Shown: in pieces, positions 9,990-20,100 of the stretch
How positions within the stretch are numbered: position 1 is the stretch's first letter
How the letters are laid out: every line of letters begins with the position of its first letter
Assembly (NCBI GenBank): GCA_018985225.1
Contig: JADGIF010000048.1
Coordinates: 1 to 27,162 of the forward strand
Direction of reading: 5' to 3'
Source: Amoeboradix gromovi X-113
Taxonomy: Eukaryota; Fungi; Sanchytriomycota
DNA length: 27,162 nt
The notes under the pieces: model-generated
The model's input: only the letters and a program-made list of their open reading frames with translations
What the model was told of the DNA's origin: nothing
The model's database searches: none
Program-made: the position numbers and the translations under genes

Positions 9990-10410
9990 TCACCCATTTC
10001 CTTGATTGGAAGATTGTGGTAGCATCCTATCGCATCTCGACCCCCAAAATCACAGAGGGTACAATGAGGCAGTGTGCGAAACTGCTGAACGCTCTTATAT
10101 TCTTCGCGGATCTTTCTACAGGTAAGCGCTACTTGGATGTTCTAAACTCAGGAATATGCAAAATAAAGATCTATTTTACAAGCGCATACATTGGATTCTT
10201 ATTGGATGCTTCAATGACCCTTTCTTCTCAGCTTGTAGTTGCTATTACAACAGTAAATCACCTTTTTGTCACGCTATCATTGTATTGCATACTCGCAGCC
10301 GATATTTTCCCAGCGCAAGCTCTCTGCTCAAAACATCCACCTTCTTGAGTCCGCTGGTTTAGGTAATGTTAAAGAGATACTGCGATGCCCAGATAGGACT
10401 CCTTATACTT
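9990..10410 (-). pseudogene. Degraded Fanzor1/TnpB-like nuclease fragment (family D, second copy)
   Basis: Minus strand, in order: KKVIYCCNSNYKLRRKGH*SI (10205-10266), HIPEFRTSK (10132-10158) and HCTLCDFGGRDAIG (~10025-10066). Matches motif order and residues of 1201-1390. Confidence 0.65.
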
Positions 10411-10475
10411 GGTTTGGAAATCCATTCACCTCTCTTTTTGTCATCTACTTTTACCCCAGTTTGCTTTCCTAGAGC

Positions 10476-12497
10476 ATGTCTCAAGTGCCAATCCAGTTAC
10501 CATTAAAACCGGACCACGACGTTAGGCCTTTGTTCATCTGTCCAAACACACAGCAGATCTACCTTGAGGCTTTCTCCCCGCTAGCGCAACAGACTATGGA
10601 CTTTTTGATCGCAATCAGCGAACCAATTAGCCGTCCGAAATTCATTCATGAATATAAAATGACGGAACAATCTTTGAATGCTGCAGTAAGTGTTGGACTG
10701 CATGCCGACGATATTATGACTTTTTTAGAGCGGCTTAGTAAGACAAAACTACCGGATGAGCTAGTTCAGTTTATCAAAGAAAAGACAGAATCGTTTGGAA
10801 AAGTCAAACTGGTGTTAAAAGAAAACAGAATATTTGTGGAGACTGCTGATGCCACAACTCTGCAATACTTGCTAAAGGATTCTGTGATTCAGAAAGCGCG
10901 AACAATAGAGAAAGTCGTCATACCAGACGTTGATGAAGACAGCGAGGATTTTATCCATTCCTTTGAAATAAATCCTGACCAGGTTGAAGTCATAAAAAAG
11001 CACTGCAAGGATATTGGCTACCCAGTTTTAGAGGAATATGATTTCCGGAATGATAGATTTAACAAGCCTCTAAGCATTGATTTAAAACCGACCACCCAGA
11101 TAAGACCTTATCAAGAAAAGTGCCTGAGCAAGATGTTTGGAAACGGCAGAGCAAGATCTGGCATTATTGTGCTTCCTTGCGGCGCAGGTAAAACTCTCGT
11201 CGGTATAACTGCCGCAGCAACAATTAAAAAGAACTGCTTAGTACTCTGCACATCATCGGTCAGCGTGAATCAGTGGAAGCAGCAGTTTATGCACTGGTCC
11301 AATGTCACAGACAATCAGGTTGCCGCATTTACTGCTGATAACAAGGAATACTTCAGCACAGAGACTGGCATAGTCGTAAGTACCTACTCGATGGTGGCTA
11401 ACAGTCGCAAGAGAGCGTATGACACTCAAATCATCATGAGCAAGCTGGAAAGTGTGGAATTTGGTTTAGTAATTCTTGATGAAGTTCATGTTGTGCCTGC
11501 GCAAATATTTAGAAAAGTTATTACCACGATTAGAGCACACACTAAGCTGGGGCTGACAGCCACATTAGTCAGAGAAGATGAAAAGATTGATGACTTGTCG
11601 TTCCTTATAGGCCCTAAGCTGTATGAAGCTAACTGGCAGGATTTGGCCAGTCAGAACTACATCGCTAAAGTGCAATGTGCAGAAGTGCATTGCGAAATGA
11701 CTGGCGAGTTCTACCATGAGTATTTAAAAGCGGCAAAGAGCAGAAAGCCGTTGTTTTACATCATGAACCCCAACAAATTTCAAGCATGCCAGTATTTAAT
11801 AAATTTTCACGAAAGCAGAGGGGACAAAATTATAGTGTTTAGCGACAATGTATTTGCTTTGGAAGTATACGCCAAGAAGCTAAGAAAATATTACATCTAT
11901 GGCGGAACAGCAACACGGGAACGGGAGGAAGTGCTAAGCAGGTTTAGATGCGACCCTACCTGCAATACTATATTTTTGAGTAAAGTAGGAGACACCAGCA
12001 TAGATCTCCCAGAGGCTACCTGTTTGATACAAATAAGTAGTCACTTTGGGAGCAGAAGGCAAGAAGCTCAGCGGTTAGGTAGGATACTACGAGCCAAGAA
12101 AAGATCTGATGAGGGGTTTAATGCCTATTTCTACACTCTGGTGAGCAGAGATACCAACGAAATGTTTTATAGCCAAAAGAGGCAGCAGTTCTTAATAGAC
12201 CAGGGATATGCATTTAAAGTGGTAACTCATTTACAAGGAATTGACAAGGCAAGTTTGTACTTCAGCACTACGTCGGAACAGAGAGAGCTGCTAAAGTTGA
12301 TAATAATGGCAACAGAGACAGACATAAGTAAGCAAGATGTGCTACCGGAGATGGATGAATTAACAGAGGTCTCGGCAGCAGCGAACATCAAAAAAGCTAC
12401 CGCTGCAATGAGCGCACTTACAGGCGCAGATGATATGACTTACCAGGAATACAACAAGCCGATTAAGGCGAGTAAAAAGAAAAAAACAAAGTACTAA
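10476..12497 (+). CDS. SSL2: TFIIH helicase/translocase subunit XPB (Ssl2/Rad25/ERCC3)
   Basis: [51 protein letters not shown] and [17 protein letters not shown]. Confidence 0.98.
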   Translation: MSQVPIQLPLKPDHDVRPLFICPNTQQIYLEAFSPLAQQTMDFLIAISEPISRPKFIHEYKMTEQSLNAAVSVGLHADDIMTFLERLSKTKLPDELVQFIKEKTESFGKVKLVLKENRIFVETADATTLQYLLKDSVIQKARTIEKVVIPDVDEDSEDFIHSFEINPDQVEVIKKHCKDIGYPVLEEYDFRNDRFNKPLSIDLKPTTQIRPYQEKCLSKMFGNGRARSGIIVLPCGAGKTLVGITAAATIKKNCLVLCTSSVSVNQWKQQFMHWSNVTDNQVAAFTADNKEYFSTETGIVVSTYSMVANSRKRAYDTQIIMSKLESVEFGLVILDEVHVVPAQIFRKVITTIRAHTKLGLTATLVREDEKIDDLSFLIGPKLYEANWQDLASQNYIAKVQCAEVHCEMTGEFYHEYLKAAKSRKPLFYIMNPNKFQACQYLINFHESRGDKIIVFSDNVFALEVYAKKLRKYYIYGGTATREREEVLSRFRCDPTCNTIFLSKVGDTSIDLPEATCLIQISSHFGSRRQEAQRLGRILRAKKRSDEGFNAYFYTLVSRDTNEMFYSQKRQQFLIDQGYAFKVVTHLQGIDKASLYFSTTSEQRELLKLIIMATETDISKQDVLPEMDELTEVSAAANIKKATAAMSALTGADDMTYQEYNKPIKASKKKKTKY

Positions 12498-12576
12498 TAA
12501 ATAGAGAGTCACTAGAATTAGATTGGTCGCAGCATGAAATTTGTAGTTTAACTTTAGTCGTCTTGAATACACGGAG

Positions 12577-13089
12577 ATGACACGATCAAATATTGTTCCT
12601 GATTATGTCAAGTATGACTTCCGAGAAAGGACCAAAGGCATCGGTTTCTTTACCTCAAAGTTTACTCTGAGTGAAATTTCAGGGTCAGCAGGCGATCAAA
12701 TAGCCATAGTTGTACACCAGAGTATCCTCACGCCTTACATATATGCTGCTTCTCTAGTGTATGATTTGAGCCAGTTAGTTGCAAATCTCAATCACATCCT
12801 GCAAAGAGCAGACTACGGATTGCTTGGATATTCAACAAATTTCAAACCGCTACAGAGTTGCTACGAGAGCATCACAATTTGGAGAAATGTTAATGACATC
12901 CGGTCATTCTTTACCGGAGGGCTGCACTTTCAAATAATGGAAAGGTGGAAAGACTACTTTAAAATTGGAGAGCACTTGCTTACAAGTCGTTTTTCTATTA
13001 CGCGTGACCAAATTCCAAAGGATTACGAATCTTCAACTAGTTTTTGGCGGAAAGTCAAAAATTTGGAGTTAAAGCTCTACAACGCCTAA
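12577..13089 (+). CDS. Hypothetical protein with dimeric alpha-beta barrel (ABM/DUF3291/DUF4188-like) signature
   Basis: ATG ORF of 170 aa. GLLGY...SITIWRNVNDIRSFFTGGLHFQIMERW resembles the ABM-superfamily S-x-W...H motif. Confidence 0.65.
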   Translation: MTRSNIVPDYVKYDFRERTKGIGFFTSKFTLSEISGSAGDQIAIVVHQSILTPYIYAASLVYDLSQLVANLNHILQRADYGLLGYSTNFKPLQSCYESITIWRNVNDIRSFFTGGLHFQIMERWKDYFKIGEHLLTSRFSITRDQIPKDYESSTSFWRKVKNLELKLYNA

Positions 13090-13586
13090 ATCGGGGCCGC
13101 TTCGAGTACCAGAATTACTTCTAGAGAGGTATCACACATTTTTACCTGTAGACCAGACGAATTGCTTTTGCATCATGACTCCGCCACCAACTAGGTCTAT
13201 AGTCTTTATAACTCTCCTAGGCATGGGATACAGCTGCTGTCCAAGTGTCATTGTAGCGGTCTAACAGGGTCTGTGTATGGCTTCTTTTTTTCTTCTTTTT
13301 TTTGCAATAGTAAATAAATGACTATCAATGTGCTTGTTACAACTACTTCGCAAGTGCGTGCCAAAGCATAGTGACGCGAACCGTGTTTATGACATTTACT
13401 AAGGGTGAATTGATTGCACAACTTGCGATCTTGGAACGTAAAAGTTAATGGAATCTCAACTGAATGCATTATACACTTTCACCTCTTTTCAAATTGGTGG
13501 TTGTATGATTCATCCTATGACACCTATTCTTTAAAATGCTTGGTCTACTTTCTATATTTGATGTGTCATTTGGTATTTTTGAAACT

Positions 13587-14883
13587 ATGTCTTCGATTTT
13601 GATCGTTTTTCCTGTGGTACTGCTCTGTTTAGTTTTTGCACAATCGCCATCTTTCTATGCGGCTACCATACTTCTCTCCAAGACTAGCTTCGGACAAATG
13701 ACATTATTTAGTTTTATATGTTCCATATCTTACATGATTCACAAACTCATACTTCACCTATTTTTTGAACCTTTAAGAACTGTGGAAAAGGAGCATTTAA
13801 AAGAGCGTGCTTGGATACATATTACTGAGAGTATTTTTGCTCTAAGTATGTTTAGAAATGGAATGTCACTTCCTTTAGCTTTGGTTGCTGTTGGGTTATT
13901 TCTTTTGAAATCTTGCTTTTGGGTCACCATTGATCGTATTGATTATATTGGCCAGTTCAACTTCGATAAAGGTTATTACTTCAGATTATCGTTTTTTATA
14001 GTAATTCTAAACATCGTGAATTACATGGTTATTGACTATGCTGTGCAGCAAACTCTTACCAAACTATCACCATGGATAATGTTTGGATTTGACCATCTCT
14101 TATTATGGATTGAGTTTTTTACTTTCATGTTCAAGTACTTGTTCTTTTTAAGCGAGATCAATCACGGCAGCATCGAATGGAAGGCTTCATTTATGAAGAA
14201 GGTTGAGTTATGTACTGAATTTTTAAAATTCTCGTCTCTGGTTGCTTTCTTTTCTTATATTACTCAGTTTTATGGTTTACCAATTTATTTGTTGAGAGAT
14301 CTTTACATATCTGGCAGATCATTCTTGAACAAAGTCAAAGAGTACATAGCTTACAGAAAGGCTACGTTAGATATGGACAGAAGGTATAGAACTGCGACTG
14401 CAACAGATTTAGAAGCATCAAGTGATATAACTTGCATTATTTGCAGAGAAGATTTACTCGCTAATTATGAAATTCACAGTCAAAAACCAAAGATTTTACC
14501 ATGCGGTCACATACTTCATTTTATCTGCTTACTTAGCTGGTTAGAAAGACAGCAGTCCTGTCCTATATGGTACTTCTTGTTAACATAGTCGTAGAAATGT
14601 ATTACAGCAGCCTGTTTTTGATAATCAGCCGAATGCACACCAACAGCAGCAAAGGCAGCCACCCAATGCACACCAAACTGGCGTACCACATCAAACCGGC
14701 GTACCACATCAAACCAGGCAGCGGCCGGAACAAACCTCATCTTCTCCAACAGCTGAGCAGTTACCTCAGACACAAAATCAACGGCAGATCTTACTTCAGC
14801 AACTAGAACAGTTGCATGACGTAAATCATAGAATCCAAGAACTTATGACAGACATAGCGAAACTAGCAAGTTTGCAAGATTAA
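13587..14883 (+). CDS. HRD1: ERAD E3 ubiquitin ligase Hrd1/synoviolin; two exons (13587-14569, 14589-14883)
   Basis: LRTVEKEHLKERAWIHITES, GLPIYLLRDLY and RING-H2 CIICRE...PCGHILHFICLLSWLERQQSCPI|CRR. Removing 14570-14588 restores the last Zn ligand and opens a Q/P-rich tail ending TAA at 14881-14883. Confidence 0.93.
14570..14588 (+). other. Putative 19-nt spliceosomal intron
   Basis: GTACTTCTTGTTAACATAG has GT...AG ends and a TTAAC branch-like motif. Splicing yields CPICRR and a ~98-codon open exon. Confidence 0.85.
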
Positions 14884-14894
14884 TAAATTTATTA

Positions 14895-16193
14895 TTAGCA
14901 ACTAGCATACCCAAAAGTAATCAAGTCATTTTCATCGGGACAGTTTAGTAACTTATATGGAGCATAATCGACCGAGAAAGTAGGACAACTTTGTACTACA
15001 GCCTCGCAAAATGAAATACAGGACAAAGCACGCCTAAAAGGATTTAATTTAACCTGAGATACTTGAGATTTATAGGGTGTTGTATTAAATGCATTCAAGT
15101 TGTTTTCTTGTACAGTTTCTTCAACAGATATCCATCTGTTAGATCTGAATGAGTTGGGAGGGCTAGGGACATCGTCACGAACACAGCGAGGTATTAACTG
15201 ACGACAAATCCAATCCGTGTACGCAAATTTGCAATCATTGCAAGATCTGACCATCGAATACTTGGTGTTAGCGCAGTCAAATGCTCCAAGTACCTGAGTA
15301 AAATTACCGAGAAACTGGTCCACGTAGGACTCCCATTGGCTAACAAGACTACTAATGGTACCAGATTTGGGATTGGGGATAGTTCTAGCAAGAGACGCAC
15401 ATACATTTAATTTCATACTTCCTCCGTAAACAAGGCTACAATCTTCATTGTTCAAAGTGTAAAATGCTATAGGAGTAAACACGTCGCGAACATCATTTCT
15501 TTTAATTAAAAGAAACCCCAGGTATTGCGAATTCTTCGTTAAACCATCTGCAACTAAATACTTTCGTGGATTGGCTTCAAATAAAGATATATTTTGTTTT
15601 TTATAGTTGGTTTCGATGTAGCAATACGACAAGACTGGTGCGTTCATGTTTTCTGTAACATAAAAAGATAAATCATACTGGGCAAGGTTTAAATAATGAT
15701 TATAACTGTTTGGCAGTTGTCTAAATATCGAAGTAGTAGAGTTGCTGTCAGACCAATCAATTAATGTGCCATTATCATTTTGAAGCGAATAACCTAGATG
15801 AAGGTTGGCCTTGGCCTTTCCGGTTGACAAAACAGTCAGATAAATGGTACTTGAAGCGACTCCAAGAATTGTTACCTGTCTAACTCCTTTTTGGGTTTCT
15901 CGTACTTGTATATCAAATTGGTTTTCATTAGGCTCTGGATTTACACTTAAATAGGCATTGGGCATACTACCATTACATAACAATAATCCAAAAACTAAAC
16001 CAGGTGCCTCAGTCTTGTCATAGGTATTTGATATAGCCGATGAAAACAGGCTTTGTTTCTGGAATGAGCTAGGAACAGAAAACTCGATAAACTGAGTTGT
16101 GCCAGACTCTCCAATGTTTAATGAGGTTGTTTTTCCAATATCAAGTTGACTTCCATAACTACAAATTATGAAAATCAGAAACATGTGGGACAT
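14895..16193 (-). CDS. MID1: Mid1-like stretch-activated Ca2+ channel subunit
   Basis: Signal peptide, many NxS/T sites and C-terminal Cys-rich YSMVRSCNDCKFAYTDWIC...IPRC...CISFCEAVVQSCP. Confidence 0.85.
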   Translation of the reverse strand: MSHMFLIFIICSYGSQLDIGKTTSLNIGESGTTQFIEFSVPSSFQKQSLFSSAISNTYDKTEAPGLVFGLLLCNGSMPNAYLSVNPEPNENQFDIQVRETQKGVRQVTILGVASSTIYLTVLSTGKAKANLHLGYSLQNDNGTLIDWSDSNSTTSIFRQLPNSYNHYLNLAQYDLSFYVTENMNAPVLSYCYIETNYKKQNISLFEANPRKYLVADGLTKNSQYLGFLLIKRNDVRDVFTPIAFYTLNNEDCSLVYGGSMKLNVCASLARTIPNPKSGTISSLVSQWESYVDQFLGNFTQVLGAFDCANTKYSMVRSCNDCKFAYTDWICRQLIPRCVRDDVPSPPNSFRSNRWISVEETVQENNLNAFNTTPYKSQVSQVKLNPFRRALSCISFCEAVVQSCPTFSVDYAPYKLLNCPDENDLITFGYASC

Positions 16194-16239
16194 GTTCTAT
16201 GAAAAGTAAGACTGGTGGGGTAAAGGGGATCTCAAGCAG

Positions 16240-16793
16240 CTCGATTGTTTTCTTGAATAAATTATTTATCGCGAATTTGTATGGATTTTTATATGATTTC
16301 ATGACTTTCCAGATTTTTTAATAGCTCAAATACTCGAAATTCTTTTCGCAAGTGGTAAATTAAATATAAAGAAATAACTAGCAGGCACAGCATACATTCG
16401 TCTCAGACTGATAAGCTTGTCCAAGGATGGAAATTCGATACCATGTACAATATGTGGCACTCTAAAGAAAACCAATTTGGAGAGCTATTCATGTACAAAG
16501 TGTCATTTGGAAGTCGACATGGACCACATGGCACCAAGGAACAAATCGATGCCATGTACGATGTATGGTACTTTAAAGAAAACCAACTTAGAAACCTGAA
16601 CCTGTACAAATTGTCATTTGAAGATAGAGAGTATATGGCAGCAAGGAACATATACATCAAGTATCTGCATCCTTATTCAATCCCACCTCAGGGTAGAGAA
16701 TGCATGAGCAATCACTGTAACGGAGATCTAGCATTGCTAGTTTCTCTGTGGAAATTCTCGATTTTCTCGGAAATCAGGTCTTTTAACGAGGAG
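16240..16793 (+). mobile_element. Family A element with internal tandem duplication
   Basis: PCTICGTLKKTNLESYSCTKCHLEVDMDHMAPRN followed by a second unit ending MAARNIYIKYL. Conserved ends. Confidence 0.92.
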
Positions 16794-16813
16794 GGGTTAG
16801 GTACACACAAAAT
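16660..16813 (+). ncRNA. Putative omegaRNA (scaffold at element right end plus ~20-nt flank-derived guide); representative copy
   Basis: Position matches the TnpB/Fanzor omegaRNA rule. Hairpins CTAGC-ATT-GCTAG and GATTTT-CTCG-GAAATC. Boundaries are inferred. Confidence 0.45.
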
Positions 16814-17076
16814 CCCAGAGTGCTCATTCTGATGGGCAATGTTCTTTGCTTATCCACCAGGCACATCTCAGATTATCACATAGAGAAACATAGATCTGAT
16901 CTGTCAAATCATTGGATATCTATGTAATATTTTATTATGAATATTTCCGCAATGTGAGAAAGTTCTAACTTTTGTTATAATTGGTACGATTTGCAAGATA
17001 TGAATCTATATTTCAGCTCTCTATTACAGATTGACTTTTTAGTTGATTTACTACAGTTTGCAAGAATTACGTTACC

Positions 17077-20000
17077 TTAGTTTATTAGCAATTTGATCAT
17101 TCTATTGTGCTCTATCTGTTGCATTATTACATATTGTTTTGATTCGCTCTCATTCGTTCCTACGGGTATAACCTTGGCCTGGCTATAGAAATGCAGCAGT
17201 TGTCTTGATACCGTGTCTGTACTGACAACTTCCTTTTCTTTTAATTGTGCGCTTCTACAGTCCTGCTTGAATTTCAATCTTTTCATTAACATTTTTGGTA
17301 ATGATCCATCTATATATGTTATAATGGCATTAATTGTCGATGCCAAAATTTTATCGTGTCTATTCTTATACATTGTAAGCAGATCGTAATTGGGTATAAC
17401 TTGCTGCGGTGTACCACTCGCTTTTGGTTGTTTTTCAATCTCTAACTGTAACCTGCTGATTTCCAAGTGCAGAGCATCTATAGCATCTTCATATATGACT
17501 TCCTGCTCTTTATATCCTTTGATCTGCTTTTTTAGTTCAATGTCTTCTTGCCTAATTGCAGTTTTACCAGAAGAAGCCGCTTTTATTATCATTAACTCGT
17601 GTTTGCAAGTATCGATCAACTCCTCTTTTATCAGTAATTCACGAGTTAAATGCTCCATTTTTGAGGTCATTTCTTGCAATTTATTACTGTTCTCTATCGC
17701 TTTTATATTCTCTTCCTGTATCGTTGCAGCTCTGTTTACCCAAGGAGACTGTTTATTATAGTCCATTAAAGAGTCCATTTTGTACTCTTTTAATCTCTGC
17801 AATAATACTTTGATGGCTTCAACCATATCATCCTCTACAATACTAGTAGAATTGTCTATTAGGTCTTCAAAGCAGTCTACTATTCTTTTCATATCTTCCA
17901 TTAGGCTGGTTGTTTCTTTCAATTGTCCTATTTTATTGGATTCAAAGTGCTGCTTCAATACCAAACGCATCTCGTGTAGATATCCCTCCATTTGTTGTAT
18001 TTTACTCGCTTCATCTGTGTTTATAGTTTGTAGATATTCTAAATCGCTATTAAGCACATCTGCCAAGTGCCCTATGCTTTGTAAATTTATCATCGACTGT
18101 TTGTTTGTGGTGGATTCGCTGCCATTTACGAGCGAATAAACAAGTTTTGTGAAATGAGTATCAGTTCTTTTTATGACCGATAATTGATCATGAATTATTA
18201 ATTCGTTTTTAATCAACAAATCAATATATTCTACAATCAGATCATATATATGCATTAATTCCACTTGAAGTCCCACAATCTTAGTAAACTCTGATTGATT
18301 TAGGTTGCTAATCCATGTGTCTAGTAACTCGCATTTACTCAGTATTGAAAACAAAAAAAAGTTGAATTTACATAGATCTCGTATTTCCTTTATTTTCAGT
18401 TCATCAATCTCGTTGGGCTGCAAGTACTCCATAAATATCTTAAATTTGCTGATAATCGACTTGTTTTGCATGTAAACAGTCAACGATTTCACATCAATGG
18501 GATTTACATAATATTCCAAACACTCTACAAGGTGCTTGTAGTTGACTAATGCAGACTCGTTCAGCCTGTTGTATATGACTTGCTGTTGAGTCATAATTGA
18601 CGACTTGTGTAGTTTTACGTTGAGCTTTAGCATTGTCTTGGATTGATTAGTCAGCCAGTTCAACTCATCGCTTCTTTCGCTGTTTTGCAATTCCAACTGT
18701 TGCTTTGAATTTAGTTGACTATTGATGACGTTGTTTAACTTGAGAATTGTAGCTTCATGACGTGATATGATCGTGTTCTGATTATTTATTGTATTTACCA
18801 GCTGTTCTTGAACACTCTTTACTTGGACCAGTTCCAAATTCAATTCTTGCAATGCGTCTGCATACCGGTGTTCAATTTCATCGCTCATTTCTTTTAAATC
18901 TTCCAGTTCGGCTATTTCATTCCTTAATCTCTCAATTGTAGTAGTGTGTAACAGATTGCTTTCAGTAAGTTCCTGAATCAATAAGTCCTGATCATTAATG
19001 TTATTTAGTTGTAGCTTTAACTCAGAATTTATCCTTAACAAATTCTGGATTTCTAGCTTAGATTCATTCAACTCCACTACTTGGCTTTTTAGCTCTTCAA
19101 TCTCCTCAGCGTTAGACTTTGCATTCTTTATCAATGACTGTGTGTATTGTTTTAGTTGCTGTAGCTGGTCTTGAAGTGTTACAATGTCATTGTTACCATT
19201 AACGAGCTCAGTGTATTTGGACGAGAGTGAGTTTAGGGAAGACTGTAGTTGGTCTACCTGTTGCTGGTAGTAGTCCGATTGTTCTTCTGCATATTCCTTG
19301 TCCAAAGTAAGCAACTCAATTTGGTCTTGGAGTAGCTGAATATTATCAGCCAATGATTTGTTTGCAGATAAATCATTTTCTAATGGGGTATGTTGCTGGT
19401 TTTGTAAATATTTAAATTGCGAAAGCAAATCAGCATATTGAGATTGCAAAGAGTCATATTCTAGCTTAATATCAGAGTCAACATCCATTGAATTAGGATA
19501 TTCCTTTATCTGTGATTGCAGTTCAATAATTTCATTTTGATGAGTAGCTTTTAACGAAGAAAGCTGTGATTCCAAATCATTCTTCAGTTTTATTTCGGAA
19601 TTCTTTTGCTCTAATAGACTGTCTACCTGCTGCTCTAACTGCGAAAGCAATTTCATTTGAGATTGTAATTCGCTGATAACCTTGTCTTTTTCAGTGATTT
19701 CAGATTTTAGTTTGGCAATTAAAGAGTCATCGTTTAAAAGAGATGCAGATAGGCGAGAAGAAGGCCTAGTTTCTACAAGAGACCTACGGTTATATGATTT
19801 TATGTCTGCAACTGACTTGGATGTATTCGATTGTCTAGATGATGGCCTGCTAGTAACACTACTGGGCCTACTCTTAATTTTCTTGGATTTTGCAAGCTGA
19901 TCCAATTTACAGAACAGCCCGAAATTAGGTTCACATGAAAAATACTGAACATCTTGAACTGTGCCATTGTTTTTCCCATTTGGCTCATCAAGTTCAACGC

Positions 20001-20100
20001 CAGCCCAAACACCATCTGAGAATTTAGTAGTCCCTATGAATTTGATAGTGCCAGGCATATCGAGTGCGAAGCATCTATCATTTAGATTAAAGTTTTCCAT
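17077..20100 (-). CDS. DCTN1: Dynactin subunit p150Glued (Nip100/DCTN1)
   Basis: N-terminal CAP-Gly (GTIKFIG...WAGVELDEPNGKNNGTV...YFSC), basic Ser/Arg region, coiled coil with IELLTLDKEYAEE and ELEDLKEMSDEIE, later PWVNRA motif. ATG at 20100. Confidence 0.92.
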   Translation of the reverse strand: MENFNLNDRCFALDMPGTIKFIGTTKFSDGVWAGVELDEPNGKNNGTVQDVQYFSCEPNFGLFCKLDQLAKSKKIKSRPSSVTSRPSSRQSNTSKSVADIKSYNRRSLVETRPSSRLSASLLNDDSLIAKLKSEITEKDKVISELQSQMKLLSQLEQQVDSLLEQKNSEIKLKNDLESQLSSLKATHQNEIIELQSQIKEYPNSMDVDSDIKLEYDSLQSQYADLLSQFKYLQNQQHTPLENDLSANKSLADNIQLLQDQIELLTLDKEYAEEQSDYYQQQVDQLQSSLNSLSSKYTELVNGNNDIVTLQDQLQQLKQYTQSLIKNAKSNAEEIEELKSQVVELNESKLEIQNLLRINSELKLQLNNINDQDLLIQELTESNLLHTTTIERLRNEIAELEDLKEMSDEIEHRYADALQELNLELVQVKSVQEQLVNTINNQNTIISRHEATILKLNNVINSQLNSKQQLELQNSERSDELNWLTNQSKTMLKLNVKLHKSSIMTQQQVIYNRLNESALVNYKHLVECLEYYVNPIDVKSLTVYMQNKSIISKFKIFMEYLQPNEIDELKIKEIRDLCKFNFFLFSILSKCELLDTWISNLNQSEFTKIVGLQVELMHIYDLIVEYIDLLIKNELIIHDQLSVIKRTDTHFTKLVYSLVNGSESTTNKQSMINLQSIGHLADVLNSDLEYLQTINTDEASKIQQMEGYLHEMRLVLKQHFESNKIGQLKETTSLMEDMKRIVDCFEDLIDNSTSIVEDDMVEAIKVLLQRLKEYKMDSLMDYNKQSPWVNRAATIQEENIKAIENSNKLQEMTSKMEHLTRELLIKEELIDTCKHELMIIKAASSGKTAIRQEDIELKKQIKGYKEQEVIYEDAIDALHLEISRLQLEIEKQPKASGTPQQVIPNYDLLTMYKNRHDKILASTINAIITYIDGSLPKMLMKRLKFKQDCRSAQLKEKEVVSTDTVSRQLLHFYSQAKVIPVGTNESESKQYVIMQQIEHNRMIKLLIN

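Noticed and set aside
9962-10472. Plus-strand ORFs as upstream exons of XPB
   Set aside because: No XPB similarity; the informative motifs are on the minus strand (Fanzor-like).
14674-14715. 18-nt tandem repeat (QTGVPH x2) in HRD1 exon 2
   Set aside because: Ordinary low-complexity expansion in a disordered tail.
17390-20015. Antisense and nested ORFs within dynactin (likewise within NMD3, SSL2, MID1, the ZZ gene and the nuclease)
   Set aside because: Shadow frames of well-supported genes with no recognisable motifs.
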